This document shows positions 40,008 through 50,204 of a DNA stretch of 64,000 nt, piece after piece. This DNA is from an uncultured virus (IMG/VR IMGVR_UViG_3300046692_000582) (lineage: Duplodnaviria; Heunggongvirae; Uroviricota; Caudoviricetes), in IMG/VR virus record IMGVR_UViG_3300046692_000582; one strand, 5' to 3'. How positions within the stretch are numbered: position 1 is the first letter of the stretch; every line of letters begins with the position of its first letter. Under the pieces are notes generated by a model that did no database searches, was not told the DNA's origin, and worked only from the letters and a program-made list of their open reading frames with translations. The position numbers and the translations under genes are program-made.

Positions 40008-41198
40008 ATGAAAAACGAATACGGCTTGGACATCAGTTATTTTGAAGACAAAATCCAGACTCAGGTGCTGCCCAGCATCCACAACATGAGTCCAGCCGAG
40101 TTTGCTCGTGAATGTGCGCGTATGGCCATGGCGGCAAACCCCGCAGTGTTCCAGGAGCTGGAGTTTGTTCGCCCTCAATCTCAACCCTGTGAAAGGTTCG
40201 AGGCTATCGAGCGGCAATGGCAATACTCCCTTGATGAGCTGACCGCAGTTCAGCATGAGCTTTCGCAGAAAGACGTCATCCTTGAGTCGGTCAAGGCCAT
40301 TGTGGATGCGTTCCGAGCAGGCTCAGTCGAAGACGATGCCTTTCCCATTGCCTTTTACGACATCAACCGAGTTCTCCATGCTGGACGAGAAGCCATGCAG
40401 GGTCGGTACGCCCTACGGTCATTGCTTGCCCCAAGCCAAGTGCAATCTCAGTTGTTGCGCGATCTGATCGTGCAGGAACGTCCACTGTTTGAGGCACAAT
40501 CGCCCGTTCAGATTACGTTCACCGAAAAAGGCACCTACTCTCCAGGCGTTCAAATGCGTTGGGAAGGATGGCTGTCAAAATGTGGCGACCTCGCACGACA
40601 GCAACAAGCGTTGGGAGCTTTCGCCTATGACGGCAATCTGCACAAGCAGTTGTTCATGGCGCTGCCATCGGCTCCCGGCGATGCGACCTTCATTGATCTG
40701 GTCAAGCTGCTGCTGAGCTACGTCCAAATGCTGGAATCCACTTCGAACGAACAGCGTCTGGATACGACTCGCGAACTGTTTGCTGATAGTGCATCTGCGC
40801 TGATGAAATTGGCCCAGGCCAATGTGGAGATCGTCACCCTTCAAGAGCGGTTGAGCAATCGTGCTGCCGACCAAATCGGTCAATTGGAGGAGTTGCTGGC
40901 GACCAAGGAGGCCTTGCGCCTTGCTTGCCCTCAACAGCCTGACGGCATGCAGTCGCAAGGCCATGCGCTGTCTAACGCTGGCCGTGAGGCGTTTTCCAAT
41001 TCCATTCTTGTTGCCCTGAATGCCTATCGCCTGCGCACTCAGCATGATGGCGACGGCGCGGGTTTTCCGCTTGTCGATGCCCTGACTCACAACGACCAGA
41101 GCGACATTTCTACCGGGCTTGAAGAAATCGAGTACCTCAGCGACCACCTGTACAGCGAATTGGTAGACCGCCTGCCTAAATTGATTGGGTCAGAATAG
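40008..41198 (+). CDS. phage-type mosaic hypothetical protein
   Basis: NEYGLD..YF..K N-terminus; operator-bearing promoter 39937-39953. Confidence 0.7.
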   Translation: MKNEYGLDISYFEDKIQTQVLPSIHNMSPAEFARECARMAMAANPAVFQELEFVRPQSQPCERFEAIERQWQYSLDELTAVQHELSQKDVILESVKAIVDAFRAGSVEDDAFPIAFYDINRVLHAGREAMQGRYALRSLLAPSQVQSQLLRDLIVQERPLFEAQSPVQITFTEKGTYSPGVQMRWEGWLSKCGDLARQQQALGAFAYDGNLHKQLFMALPSAPGDATFIDLVKLLLSYVQMLESTSNEQRLDTTRELFADSASALMKLAQANVEIVTLQERLSNRAADQIGQLEELLATKEALRLACPQQPDGMQSQGHALSNAGREAFSNSILVALNAYRLRTQHDGDGAGFPLVDALTHNDQSDISTGLEEIEYLSDHLYSELVDRLPKLIGSE

Positions 41199-41293
41199 GA
41201 CTCCTTAAATCAGGCGAAGCGAGGCAGAGGAGCCGCTGGCCACATTCGTCAGAATGACGGTCAGCCCAACGGGCGATAAGACGGTGGCAGAGC

Positions 41294-41518
41294 ATGAACA
41301 TTCTTGATATCGCAAACCGCGAACCTCCAAAAGATCCATTTTTTGTCGGCAATGAGATTTCCTTTCTACACGGTGAGCACTACCGCGTGGTCAAAATCCT
41401 AAAAGTCGAGCCTGATCGTGTTTTCGTCAGCGGTATGACAAGCCAATACTGGATACGTCGCAAGGGTTTGGAGCGGCGATTGGACAAAGTTCCAATTACC
41501 CCCAATCGTTTCTTCTAA
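41294..41518 (+). CDS. small SH3-like hypothetical protein
   Basis: 74-aa ORF. Confidence 0.5.
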   Translation: MNILDIANREPPKDPFFVGNEISFLHGEHYRVVKILKVEPDRVFVSGMTSQYWIRRKGLERRLDKVPITPNRFF

Positions 41519-41524
41519 TAATCC

Positions 41525-41941
41525 ATGTCATCGAGAGCTTTCATGACAACAACCAATCAAGATGGAATCCAGGGCGAGCCACTGTGTATTGTGGAGGGCA
41601 AGCCCGTGTACATTGGGGATGTGCTCTACAGCGAGCGTCATACTCCATTGTGGGGCGATAGCCGCGTCCTTCTAAAGAAATCTGAAAAGGACGGAATGAC
41701 TGAAATCCTTGCCTATGCTGGCGAATGGATTCAAATTTCTGTGGGGGATTTGAGCTGGGAGAAGCCCCTGACGATGAGGGATCGTGAAGCCTTTGAGGCA
41801 TTTATGGAGTCTGAAGAGGCATCTGCGATCCTGAAGCGAGTGCGCCCCCAGGACCGCGAGTTTGCTATTTGGCAATTGAGCCGCGCAAAAAAGTCAAAAA
41901 TGGAACTGCCGGAAACTCTCAGTCATTTGGTAAACCAATAG
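41525..41941 (+). CDS. hypothetical protein
   Basis: VEGKPVYIGDVLY. Confidence 0.6.
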   Translation: MSSRAFMTTTNQDGIQGEPLCIVEGKPVYIGDVLYSERHTPLWGDSRVLLKKSEKDGMTEILAYAGEWIQISVGDLSWEKPLTMRDREAFEAFMESEEASAILKRVRPQDREFAIWQLSRAKKSKMELPETLSHLVNQ

Positions 41942-42157
41942 CCGATGTCCTCTGTGAGCGTGATCTGTTCATGTGGCAATTGGGGAGTTTTCTCAAAAAG
42001 CGTTGACGTGAATATGGTTACTTCAATCCCGTTTATCAACGGGGACTGCCCAGCAGTTGTCGGCTCCCCTTCTCCTCTCTTTTGCATTGACAACCTCATT
42101 GTCCATATATAATATCAACCTATCTGGCGCATTGCGCTCACTCAAATAGGGTTCTTC

Positions 42158-42727
42158 ATGAACAAAGCAGGCGAAGTGGATTTCGAAGCAATTCTGACAC
42201 TCAAAGATCGGACTGATGTTGGCATCCATATTCTCAATGAAGTCGTGAACGGCAAGGATCATGATAATATTCGAAATTTCGCCCTGGGCATGTTCGATGT
42301 CGAGGTTCGCCTCGCGATTTACTGGGCACTCAATGACAAATACCTGACGATGGAAGGTGGAAACGCAGTGGTGCTTGAGGCGCTCAATGCTCCATGGGTC
42401 ACCACTTCCTTGACAGATTTCAAGGGCAAGGCCTCTCAAAAGCTAATCAACGCAGCCACAAATGTTCTTTTTGATGGGGTGTTTGATCGCCTGATGCGCA
42501 TGGGTGACGTGAGTTTTGGCTCCCCTACTCGTCGTGAGCAGGAGCGCGAGCGCGCCAATAAGCTGATGGACAAACAACGCGTCAACTTCAATGCTCAGCA
42601 CGCACCTGCTCCGGAAGGCACCGTCAAGGAGCTGGCAGCACGTTTTGGTAAGTCTATCGGTGAGATTCGCCGCTTGAAGGCTGCTGGTGAGTTGCACACG
42701 CTGACTGAGACGGTTGCTCAGGCTTAA
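42158..42727 (+). CDS. hypothetical protein with C-terminal HTH
   Basis: TVKELAARFGKSIGEIRRLK; promoter TTGACA..TATAAT. Confidence 0.7.
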   Translation: MNKAGEVDFEAILTLKDRTDVGIHILNEVVNGKDHDNIRNFALGMFDVEVRLAIYWALNDKYLTMEGGNAVVLEALNAPWVTTSLTDFKGKASQKLINAATNVLFDGVFDRLMRMGDVSFGSPTRREQERERANKLMDKQRVNFNAQHAPAPEGTVKELAARFGKSIGEIRRLKAAGELHTLTETVAQA

Positions 42728-42787
42728 TTCGTCTGATATTGACTGGCAGTAACAGGCCCAGGCTGAATTCAGCCTGGAGCCACTTTA

Positions 42788-43570
42788 TTACAAATCCAAA
42801 TCCCAATCCCAATCCTCGACGTCATTTTTATCCTCGGCGTCATCTGCATCAGTCGGATATTTCTCTACATCGCGCTTCCAGATATCGACTATCTCATTCG
42901 ACAGAACGCCTTCTTCCACGCAGTGCTGGAGCGCTTTATTCAGGTAAATTGGCACATTAAATCCATTTTCTATGCTCCAGCCGGGGATTGACACGTGAAT
43001 GTCTTCAATGTCATCCGTCATTACTTTTGATGGCCGGTGAAAGTCATTGATGTCCTTCGGTGCGGCCTTCATCAAATCTTGTCCAAAAACCTCGGCTAAA
43101 AGTGACTCAACGGTGTGCCCAAGCGCTTCCGAGTAAAGTTTTCCTTTGACGTGAATAATTCCGCCTGCTCGCAGGCCGGTAATTACCGTATGCGTATTGG
43201 GGAAGCCAAGGGCCAAGTCATCCGGATGAGCAAATACGTCGTCTCCAGTCTTCAGGGCGTCTTCAGCAAGAAGCGCATACTCTCTTTTGAGGAAGGCCGT
43301 TGAGGCTTGCAAAAAGCCTGCATGGTTGTTGTAAGCCATGATTTTTTTAGCCACATGGTCTATCAGCAGTAATCCATAGGCATGATGGTGAAATAGCTCG
43401 GCACCTTCGCTTATCCGCCAGTCCCGCATGTTTTTGACCACGCGCTGGACGTACTCTTTCGACAGAATGTCCAGGGTGCTCAGCTTGCCGCGCACTGCGC
43501 CCGTTGAGGTTTCTTTAATTAAGAATGGCTCGCCCTCCATTCTCACCATCAGTTTAATTGAGCCGCCCAT
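42788..43570 (-). CDS. paralogue family D member 1
   Basis: GLLLIDH..K, DIHVSIPGWSI, GVLS...W. Confidence 0.7.
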   Translation of the reverse strand: MGGSIKLMVRMEGEPFLIKETSTGAVRGKLSTLDILSKEYVQRVVKNMRDWRISEGAELFHHHAYGLLLIDHVAKKIMAYNNHAGFLQASTAFLKREYALLAEDALKTGDDVFAHPDDLALGFPNTHTVITGLRAGGIIHVKGKLYSEALGHTVESLLAEVFGQDLMKAAPKDINDFHRPSKVMTDDIEDIHVSIPGWSIENGFNVPIYLNKALQHCVEEGVLSNEIVDIWKRDVEKYPTDADDAEDKNDVEDWDWDLDL

Positions 43571-43573
43571 GCC

Positions 43574-44380
43574 CTACTCCCCAGTATTGTTATTCAACCA
43601 TTTGGTCAGATTTCTTTGATTCATTTTATGCAGTTCTAGCTCAAATTCATGCAGTCCACTGGCCCAGTCGCGCCAACTATTGAACTCATCTTGTGTCAGC
43701 AACCCTGAAGCCAAAAAGGTATTGGCGCTTGATTCAACCCATTCAGCTCGAACTGGACAGGTCTGAATTTCCCAGCTTTGAAATTGAATGTTGAGGTCAT
43801 TAAAACTTTTCGTACCTTGAATGACGTCGTCTTCGTAATTTTCCATGGCTTTATGATCGAGGCTCATGACATCTACGCCCGTGATACCTGTAATGGCGCT
43901 GTCAAAAGAGGCTTGTTCGTAGTCAATGCAGTTACCACGCCTGATCAGGCGAGCATTGTTGTCTACCGCATTGTTCAGCAGCTTGAGGGGCATTATTTTT
44001 CCGATTGTTTCAATCACGTCTTTTTTAGTGCCCGCTTGCTTAAGAAACTTATGTCGCAAGAGGATGGCGCCCACGACGACGTCATGGCAACTCAATTGCA
44101 TGAAGCTGTGAAATGAGCTGGAGCAATAAGCCACCTTTCTTTCGTAGTCGAGCAGTATGCCGCCGTTTTGTGTGGCGAAACACAAAAACTCAACCTTCAT
44201 TGAGGTGTTTCCAGCAAAAGGCTTTAGATTCAGTATGTCACTAATGTTTTCCAGGTAACGCTCATCAAAAATCTGGCAGGTCTGAATGTGCTCTCTAAAG
44301 CCTTCCCAGCCGATGGAACCTGTGCTGATAGAGCCGTTGCTGTGTTTGATAAAAATGCGTGTTTGTAAATCAAGGTCCAT
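43574..44380 (-). CDS. paralogue family D member 2
   Basis: GGILLDY..K, DLNIQFQSWEI, GLLT...W. Confidence 0.7.
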   Translation of the reverse strand: MDLDLQTRIFIKHSNGSISTGSIGWEGFREHIQTCQIFDERYLENISDILNLKPFAGNTSMKVEFLCFATQNGGILLDYERKVAYCSSSFHSFMQLSCHDVVVGAILLRHKFLKQAGTKKDVIETIGKIMPLKLLNNAVDNNARLIRRGNCIDYEQASFDSAITGITGVDVMSLDHKAMENYEDDVIQGTKSFNDLNIQFQSWEIQTCPVRAEWVESSANTFLASGLLTQDEFNSWRDWASGLHEFELELHKMNQRNLTKWLNNNTGE

Positions 44381-44503
44381 GCGAGTTGATCCATTCTGCC
44401 TAATGAAATGTTTTGTCTCTTTAAATGACTTTTATATCAACCTTAGTGCCGCCTGATCATCGACTTTCGTCTATAATAAATCTTTATCATTCAGGAGGTT
44501 TTC

Positions 44504-45739
44504 ATGCTGTACCGTAAAGAGCTGAGTTCAGCTCTGGGACTTGATCCCACCAGCTTTATTTTTTCGTCAATTGAAGCTGGAGTGTTAATTGTACTCGTCA
44601 TGCTTGGACATTGGCTAATAAAAAATAGTTTGTTGCGCATTATCAAGGTATTTACTGATCGCTCTCGAAATGAAGTGATTAGGACGCTTTCAAGAAACCG
44701 CGTATTGAGAAATGTCATTTTCAGCTTGCCTTTCGTGTTGTTGTTGAATTTCAAAGACCTATTTTTGAACAAAACAGTGTCGCAGATTTATGAAAAAGTC
44801 TTTTACACCAGCACCGTGATTGTGTTGACCATGTTGTTCTTTTCTGTGGTCAATGTGCTGACAGAAACCTATGGTCGAAATCCGAAGATCGTTGAGCGTT
44901 TTCCGGTCAAGCCCATGTTTCAGATCATTAAGGTTATGGCCTTTGTGGTGGCGCTGATCGTGATTGCAGCCAACTTCGTTGATCAGACCCCCGTGTACAT
45001 CCTCAGCGGCCTGGGCGCGATCTCAGCGGTCATCATGTTTATCTTCAAAGATTCTCTACAATCGCTGGTCGCTGCTTTTCAGATCACCTTGCACAAGACG
45101 GTAACGGTTGGTGATTGGATTGAGGTGCCTAAGCATCAGGTGGACGGCAATGTGATCGACATCAATTTGAGCGTGATGTCGATTAGGAACTGGGACAATA
45201 CAACCACAGTTATTCCAACGTCTTGCTTGCTGACCGAATCCTTCAAGAACTGGACGACCATGCACCGTGATGGTCGGCGCATCAAGCGTCACATCAATTT
45301 GGACGTGGCGAGCGTGCGTCGTCTTGACGCCGAGGACATTCAGCGTCTGAAGCGCGTCCGGCTGTTGCGTGAGTATCTGGAGACCAAGGAGGCTCTATTG
45401 AAGGAAATCAATAAGGATTGTGCGGAGAGCGATTTGATTGAGGTCAATGGGATGAGTTTGACCAACGTGGGCACGTTCAGAAAATACATTGAGTTCTACC
45501 TTCGCCAGCACCCCCAGGTGCTTCAAGAGCAGCTTTTGGTAGTACGGCAGCTTCCTAACCAGTCACTGGGACTCCCAATTGAGCTGTACTGCTTTACAGA
45601 CAAGACAACCCTGGCTGAGTATGAAGAGGTTCAGTCCGACATGTTTGACCACCTGTACTCGATCATTGAGCTTTTTGATTTGCGTGTCTTCCAAAGCCCT
45701 TCTGGTCGTGACTTGTCCTCATTGCGAGCGGAACGATAA
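44504..45739 (+). CDS. ybdG: MscS-family mechanosensitive channel, YbdG type
   Basis: GLGA.SAV...FKD, VGDWIE, NWDNT, FKNW, GRRIKR, TNVGTFR, GLPIELYCFT. Confidence 0.85.
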   Translation: MLYRKELSSALGLDPTSFIFSSIEAGVLIVLVMLGHWLIKNSLLRIIKVFTDRSRNEVIRTLSRNRVLRNVIFSLPFVLLLNFKDLFLNKTVSQIYEKVFYTSTVIVLTMLFFSVVNVLTETYGRNPKIVERFPVKPMFQIIKVMAFVVALIVIAANFVDQTPVYILSGLGAISAVIMFIFKDSLQSLVAAFQITLHKTVTVGDWIEVPKHQVDGNVIDINLSVMSIRNWDNTTTVIPTSCLLTESFKNWTTMHRDGRRIKRHINLDVASVRRLDAEDIQRLKRVRLLREYLETKEALLKEINKDCAESDLIEVNGMSLTNVGTFRKYIEFYLRQHPQVLQEQLLVVRQLPNQSLGLPIELYCFTDKTTLAEYEEVQSDMFDHLYSIIELFDLRVFQSPSGRDLSSLRAER

Positions 45740-45871
45740 CGGCATGCGTGCAGTCAGCTTTGCGGTTGGCTGCCAGAAAACTATCTTTTTAATCAAAATG
45801 TTAGAGATTCATTTCTCATTTCAGAATCCTTGCCCTAGAATCATGTCCATCAGTTAAACCGGAGTTTTGAG

Positions 45872-46396
45872 ATGCTTCCAGTATTTATAGCAGTGGGCGT
45901 TGGCATAGCAGGTTACAGCGCTTACGGCTTTGCTCGGGGCTGCCAGGTTTGCTCGACCAAATTCACGTTGACTCAGACTTGCTCTGCTTGCAAAAAGGAC
46001 GCCTGTAAAGACTGTACCACCACACTGGCTTCGATCAGTTACAGAGGGCACGTCTATCGCAAGCAAGTTTTTGCCTGCTCCAAGACCTGTGCCGACAAGC
46101 TGATCGCGGAAGGTAAACCACTTGAAGCAAAAGCAGCGGCTGCTGAGGATCTTGACCGTCGTGCAGCTAAAGTCCGACTGGTCAGTGTGAATTATGGCGG
46201 AAAACAGAAGCCGCAGCAGCCTGACTGGACAATCGAAAGTGGCTGGTTTCGCAGTCATGTCGATGCGGAGAATGACCTGCGATGGAAAGCGGCGGAGAAC
46301 GACTGCGCAACCGTTTGGCATGTTCGGTCTGAAACCTCAACCGGCCAGGAAGGCAACTACAAATTCCGACTGCACAGGGTTTCCGGCTTGCTGTGA
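45872..46396 (+). CDS. membrane-anchored Cys-rich zinc-finger protein
   Basis: N-term hydrophobic, CxxC x3 and CxxxC. Confidence 0.6.
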   Translation: MLPVFIAVGVGIAGYSAYGFARGCQVCSTKFTLTQTCSACKKDACKDCTTTLASISYRGHVYRKQVFACSKTCADKLIAEGKPLEAKAAAAEDLDRRAAKVRLVSVNYGGKQKPQQPDWTIESGWFRSHVDAENDLRWKAAENDCATVWHVRSETSTGQEGNYKFRLHRVSGLL

Positions 46397-46547
46397 TGTC
46401 CTTTTTTTACGGGCGGGAGCGCAGTAAGCGCCCTGCCCGTTTTAAGGCGATGAAATTACTATTGTCACGTTGACAATATAAAAACCGAACCCATAATAAA
46501 AGGAAATCATACCTTGCTGTCAGCACAGCCATTATTGTGGAGAAAAC

Positions 46548-46775
46548 ATGAAAATTTCAACAATTGCGCTCATTGCGAGCGTTGGCATTATGACAGGTGT
46601 TCCGGCTTTGGCTTTGGGAGCTGACGGCGGTGATCGCACGTTTGCGCGGATGATGGAGCACACTGAGCGAGCCATGGCGGCATACCGCGCCAAGCAGGCC
46701 GAGCTGGAGCGCCAGAAACAAAAGTCCAATGAAGGAAGTGCGCTGGTTCTGCCTGTCATTTACGTTGATGGCTAG
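46548..46775 (+). CDS. PtrA-like small periplasmic protein 1
   Basis: signal peptide then ADGGDRTFARMM..AMAAY, the PtrA N-terminal signature. Confidence 0.8.
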   Translation: MKISTIALIASVGIMTGVPALALGADGGDRTFARMMEHTERAMAAYRAKQAELERQKQKSNEGSALVLPVIYVDG

Positions 46776-46948
46776 GTTTACCATTCTTGGACGGGCAAAA
46801 CTTAAAATATTTATGTTTACCAGTTTGACGTTGCCCTGAAGCGGACCCATAATTTACACATCAAAGAGAGTTTGGGCCACACATAATCCGCCTCCCTGCG
46901 AACACATAAATCGGCATTTCGCCACTTGCTCTATAAAGGAAGATTCTC

Positions 46949-47149
46949 ATGAAAAATGCATGCATTGCTCTGATTGCTGGTCTGACCCTGATGGCTGGTG
47001 CTTCGGCTTTCGCCAAAGACGGTGGTGGTGCAGACGGTGGTAGCCGTACCTTCGAGCTGTCCTCTGCGCATACCCAGGAGGCCATGGACGCCTACGCCGC
47101 CAATCAGGCTACTCACAGCGCCACCCAGGTTGCCTCCGTCCAGAAGTAA
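46949..47149 (+). CDS. PtrA-like small periplasmic protein 2
   Basis: AFA-KDGGGADGGSRTF..AMDAY..QVASVQK. Confidence 0.8.
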   Translation: MKNACIALIAGLTLMAGASAFAKDGGGADGGSRTFELSSAHTQEAMDAYAANQATHSATQVASVQK

Positions 47150-47431
47150 GGCCGGTCGCTGAAAAAGCCCGGCAAGCATGGGCGGGCTTTTGAGGCAGCA
47201 TTATTAATGCACAATTTTTGTGGCAAGAATTTTTGGATTTCCTTAAAGGCGAATCCCTTCGGGGAAGATCCAGCCCGTTTGCTCCTGTTAGGCGGGTGCA
47301 AAATAAATGATTGTGGCATTGACATTTATTTAATATCTGCCTATACTAAACACATCAAAGAGAAGGCGCATCCTCTCTGCGATACCAAATTTAACCGGCA
47401 TTTGCCGATCTGCTCTGAATGGATAAACCCG

Positions 47432-47692
47432 ATGAAAAATGCATTTGTTGCTCTGGTTACTGGTCTGGCCCTGATGGCTGGCGCTTCGGCTTTCGCAGGT
47501 GAAGGCGGCGGTGCAGACGGCGGTAGCCGTACTGCTGATCTGGCGCAGTCCCATGCCAAGCAAGCCACTGACGCCTACGCGGCCAAAGAGGCGGCGAAAA
47601 ATGGCACCCAGGTTGCAGTCGTGCAAAAGGGCGGTAAGGTTGGCAAGGCCAAGACCGACGCCAAGCCTGAGTCCGAAACTGCCCAGAACTAA
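47432..47692 (+). CDS. PtrA-like small periplasmic protein 3
   Basis: AFA-GEGGGADGGSRTA; start placed by alignment with paralogues. Confidence 0.8.
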   Translation: MKNAFVALVTGLALMAGASAFAGEGGGADGGSRTADLAQSHAKQATDAYAAKEAAKNGTQVAVVQKGGKVGKAKTDAKPESETAQN

Positions 47693-47966
47693 GGGCAGTT
47701 TCACCCAAAAGCCCGCGATTATTCGCGGGCTTTTTTGTTTCCGCGATTTGTTTGCCTAAGAGCGCCGACCTGCTCCCTGTCTTTTTACAATAACGACATT
47801 CCAGCCGCCACTTAAAAAACAGTACAAATAGCTGATAATTTAATTGACATATAATATGAATCTATCTACAATAGCCCCATCAACGAGAGACATGGCAAAT
47901 CAGCCTTTCTCCCGGCGAATCACTAAATACTCGGCAATTTGCCAATCCATTTAAAAGGAACAAAGC

Positions 47967-48167
47967 ATGAAAAAAGCATTCGTAGCAATGATCGCTGGTA
48001 TGACCCTGATGGCTGGCGCTTCGGCATTCGCCAAAGATGGCGGTGGTGCTGACGGCGGTAGCCGCACCTTCGATCTGTCAGCGGCCCACACCAAGCAAGC
48101 CATGGACGCCTACGCGGCCAACAAAGCGGCACAGGGTAACACCCAGGTCGCCACCGTCCAAAAGTAA
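47967..48167 (+). CDS. PtrA-like small periplasmic protein 4
   Basis: same signature. Confidence 0.8.
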   Translation: MKKAFVAMIAGMTLMAGASAFAKDGGGADGGSRTFDLSAAHTKQAMDAYAANKAAQGNTQVATVQK

Positions 48168-48180
48168 GGTCGGTTGCCAG

Positions 48181-48212
48181 AAAAAAGCCCGCGATGATTC
48201 GCGGGCTTTTTT
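48181..48212 (+). terminator. repeated intrinsic terminator of the PtrA-like array
   Basis: AAAAGCCCGCGA-TGAT-TCGCGGGCTTTTT; related copies at ~47162, 47707, 48602, 49058. Confidence 0.9.
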
Positions 48213-48389
48213 GTTGCATGAATTTTTTGTGCAAATAAAAGTGTGAAAAAAGATGATATTTTAATTGACACTTATTATAGATTAATCTATAATAAGCACA
48301 TCAAAGAGAGACAAGGCCCTTGTTAGCCAGTCTCCCTGCGAACAACCAAAATCGGCATTTTCGCCATTGCTCTCCATAGGAAGACCCTC

Positions 48390-48587
48390 ATGAAGAAAGT
48401 TCTCGTTGCTGTAGTTGCTGGCATGACCCTGATGGCTGGCGTTTCGGCTTTCGCCAAAGATGGCGGTGGCGCTGACGGCGGTAGCCGCACCTTCGATCTG
48501 TCGATGGCGCGCAACCAGCAGGCCATGACTGCCTATGCCGCCAATCAGGCTGCCCGTGGCACCCAGGTCGCGACCGTCCAAAAGTAA
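48390..48587 (+). CDS. PtrA-like small periplasmic protein 5
   Basis: same signature. Confidence 0.8.
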   Translation: MKKVLVAVVAGMTLMAGVSAFAKDGGGADGGSRTFDLSMARNQQAMTAYAANQAARGTQVATVQK

Positions 48588-48831
48588 GACTCGGTTGCCA
48601 GAAAAAGCCCGCGATGATTCGCGGGCTTTTTGTTGTCTCGGTTAAATAATAATCTCAATAAGGCATTCCGGTGCAATGCAACAATATCATTATATATTTT
48701 CAATCTATCTATTGACGCTCTTTCTATAATTTTGTACAATGTGCGCATCAAAAAGAGACAGTGACCTTCGCGGTAAACCTCTTTTGAAATCAAAATAGGC
48801 ATATCCGCCGCTCACTCTCTAGGGGTTAATT

Positions 48832-49050
48832 ATGAAAAAAGTTCTCGTTTCTCTGGTTGCTGGTCTGACTCTGATGGCCGGGGCTTCTGCCTTTGCAAAA
48901 GATGGTGGTGCTGATGGTGGTAGCCGTACCGCTGACCTGAGCGCTGCTCACACCAAGCATGCAATGGAAGCGCATAAGGCCAAGCATGCCGCGCACGTCA
49001 AGAAGGAAGCTCAGCCTTCTGCCGAAAAAGCTGTAGCAGTACAAAAGTAA
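48832..49050 (+). CDS. PtrA-like small periplasmic protein 6 (His-rich)
   Basis: same signature; HTKHAMEAHKAKHAAH. Confidence 0.8.
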   Translation: MKKVLVSLVAGLTLMAGASAFAKDGGADGGSRTADLSAAHTKHAMEAHKAKHAAHVKKEAQPSAEKAVAVQK

Positions 49051-49123
49051 GGTCGATCAAAAAAAGCCCACAATGATTGCATTGTGGGCTTTTTTGTACC
49101 TGCAATTAATTGGAAACCGAAAA

Positions 49124-49438
49124 ATGGCATTCAAGAAAGATAAGGATAGACGTCTCATTGGCGTCATTAGGGACAATATCAAGAGTGGCACGTTGTTCAA
49201 TGCAGGATTTTATTCCTGTGATGAGCTGTCTCGGGTAGTGCAGGCTGTGATTGAAGATGTGCAGCGGTACGATTCTCTCACTATTGTTCGCCCGGCTGAG
49301 CGTTGGAGGCCATCTGACGGCCCCGTTCTTTGGTGGATTCTTCCAGTCACCGAAGCGCCTTTTGTAGGCATTCCGGGTGATCCAGGGTGGGAGTCGAGGT
49401 ACACGCACTGGACGCCACTTCCAGAGCCTTCACTCTAG
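49124..49438 (+). CDS. phage-type protein with DUF551-like C-terminus
   Basis: DGPVLWW...YTHWTPL. Confidence 0.6.
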   Translation: MAFKKDKDRRLIGVIRDNIKSGTLFNAGFYSCDELSRVVQAVIEDVQRYDSLTIVRPAERWRPSDGPVLWWILPVTEAPFVGIPGDPGWESRYTHWTPLPEPSL

Positions 49439-49511
49439 CTTAGTGCTTTGCTCAGGAAATTTAAAAGCGGGAGGCTTGGATGCCTCCCGCTTTTTTGTTC
49501 TGCTGCGGATC

Positions 49512-50204
49512 TTATTCAGCGACTCTGAACATTGGCCGCTGAACTGTCTCTCTTGCTTCGGCTTCTGTCAGGGGCTGCCATGCAGTGACGTTGTACATTT
49601 CCTGCTCCATCCAGTTCACCCAGCCGTCCAACCAATACACATGTGTGTTGGTAGAGGGGTTTTTGGTGATGCCATCGTACCGAATGCGAACACGCTGTCC
49701 CCGCATCGGCACCTTGGGCCATGGCTGCTCATATTCTGGAGAGCCAAAATACGCCTTTCTGTTTTTCTCGTACCAGAAATTGTCACGGTGGTTAGCGATC
49801 CGATAGCGTTCAACCCCACCATTTGCTGGAGAAGTGTCCCACTTCAGGTCATCCACTCGGGTTTGCACTCGCTCGCCATTTTTTAGCGTTGCGTCGACGA
49901 TGACAAATCCTGGCAGTGGAAATTTCCCGAACAGGCTGTCATGCAGCATATCGTATGACCATACGATGGTCGTATCGACACCTATGCAATCTATTTTTCC
50001 TGCTGCTTCAAAGCACAGGTCATAGAAGTGGCCAATATCCGACCCCATGACTCGCATCATGCGTTCGGTGGCGAGCGCAGTTCCCCGGAGGGACTTGTAT
50101 AGACCAGGATCCGTTTTAGAGAGTTCCGGCGTGGCTCGATAGGCCCGGTGCAGCATCAACAGCTCAAGCGATTCGGCAATGGCTTCTGGCTCGATGGCGT
50201 TCAA
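49512..50204 (-). CDS. hypothetical protein, DUF551-like C-terminus
   Basis: VTAWQPL. Confidence 0.6.
   Translation of the reverse strand: MNAIEPEAIAESLELLMLHRAYRATPELSKTDPGLYKSLRGTALATERMMRVMGSDIGHFYDLCFEAAGKIDCIGVDTTIVWSYDMLHDSLFGKFPLPGFVIVDATLKNGERVQTRVDDLKWDTSPANGGVERYRIANHRDNFWYEKNRKAYFGSPEYEQPWPKVPMRGQRVRIRYDGITKNPSTNTHVYWLDGWVNWMEQEMYNVTAWQPLTEAEARETVQRPMFRVAE

Noticed and set aside
47207..47431. N-terminal extension of the third PtrA-like ORF in the ORF track
   Set aside because: It spans the unit's own promoter and leader; paralogues place the start at 47432.
46460..49095. CRISPR array or integron cassette array
   Set aside because: Repeats are whole gene units of 400-500 bp; no constant short repeat-spacer period, no GTTRRRY attC boxes, no cas or intI gene.
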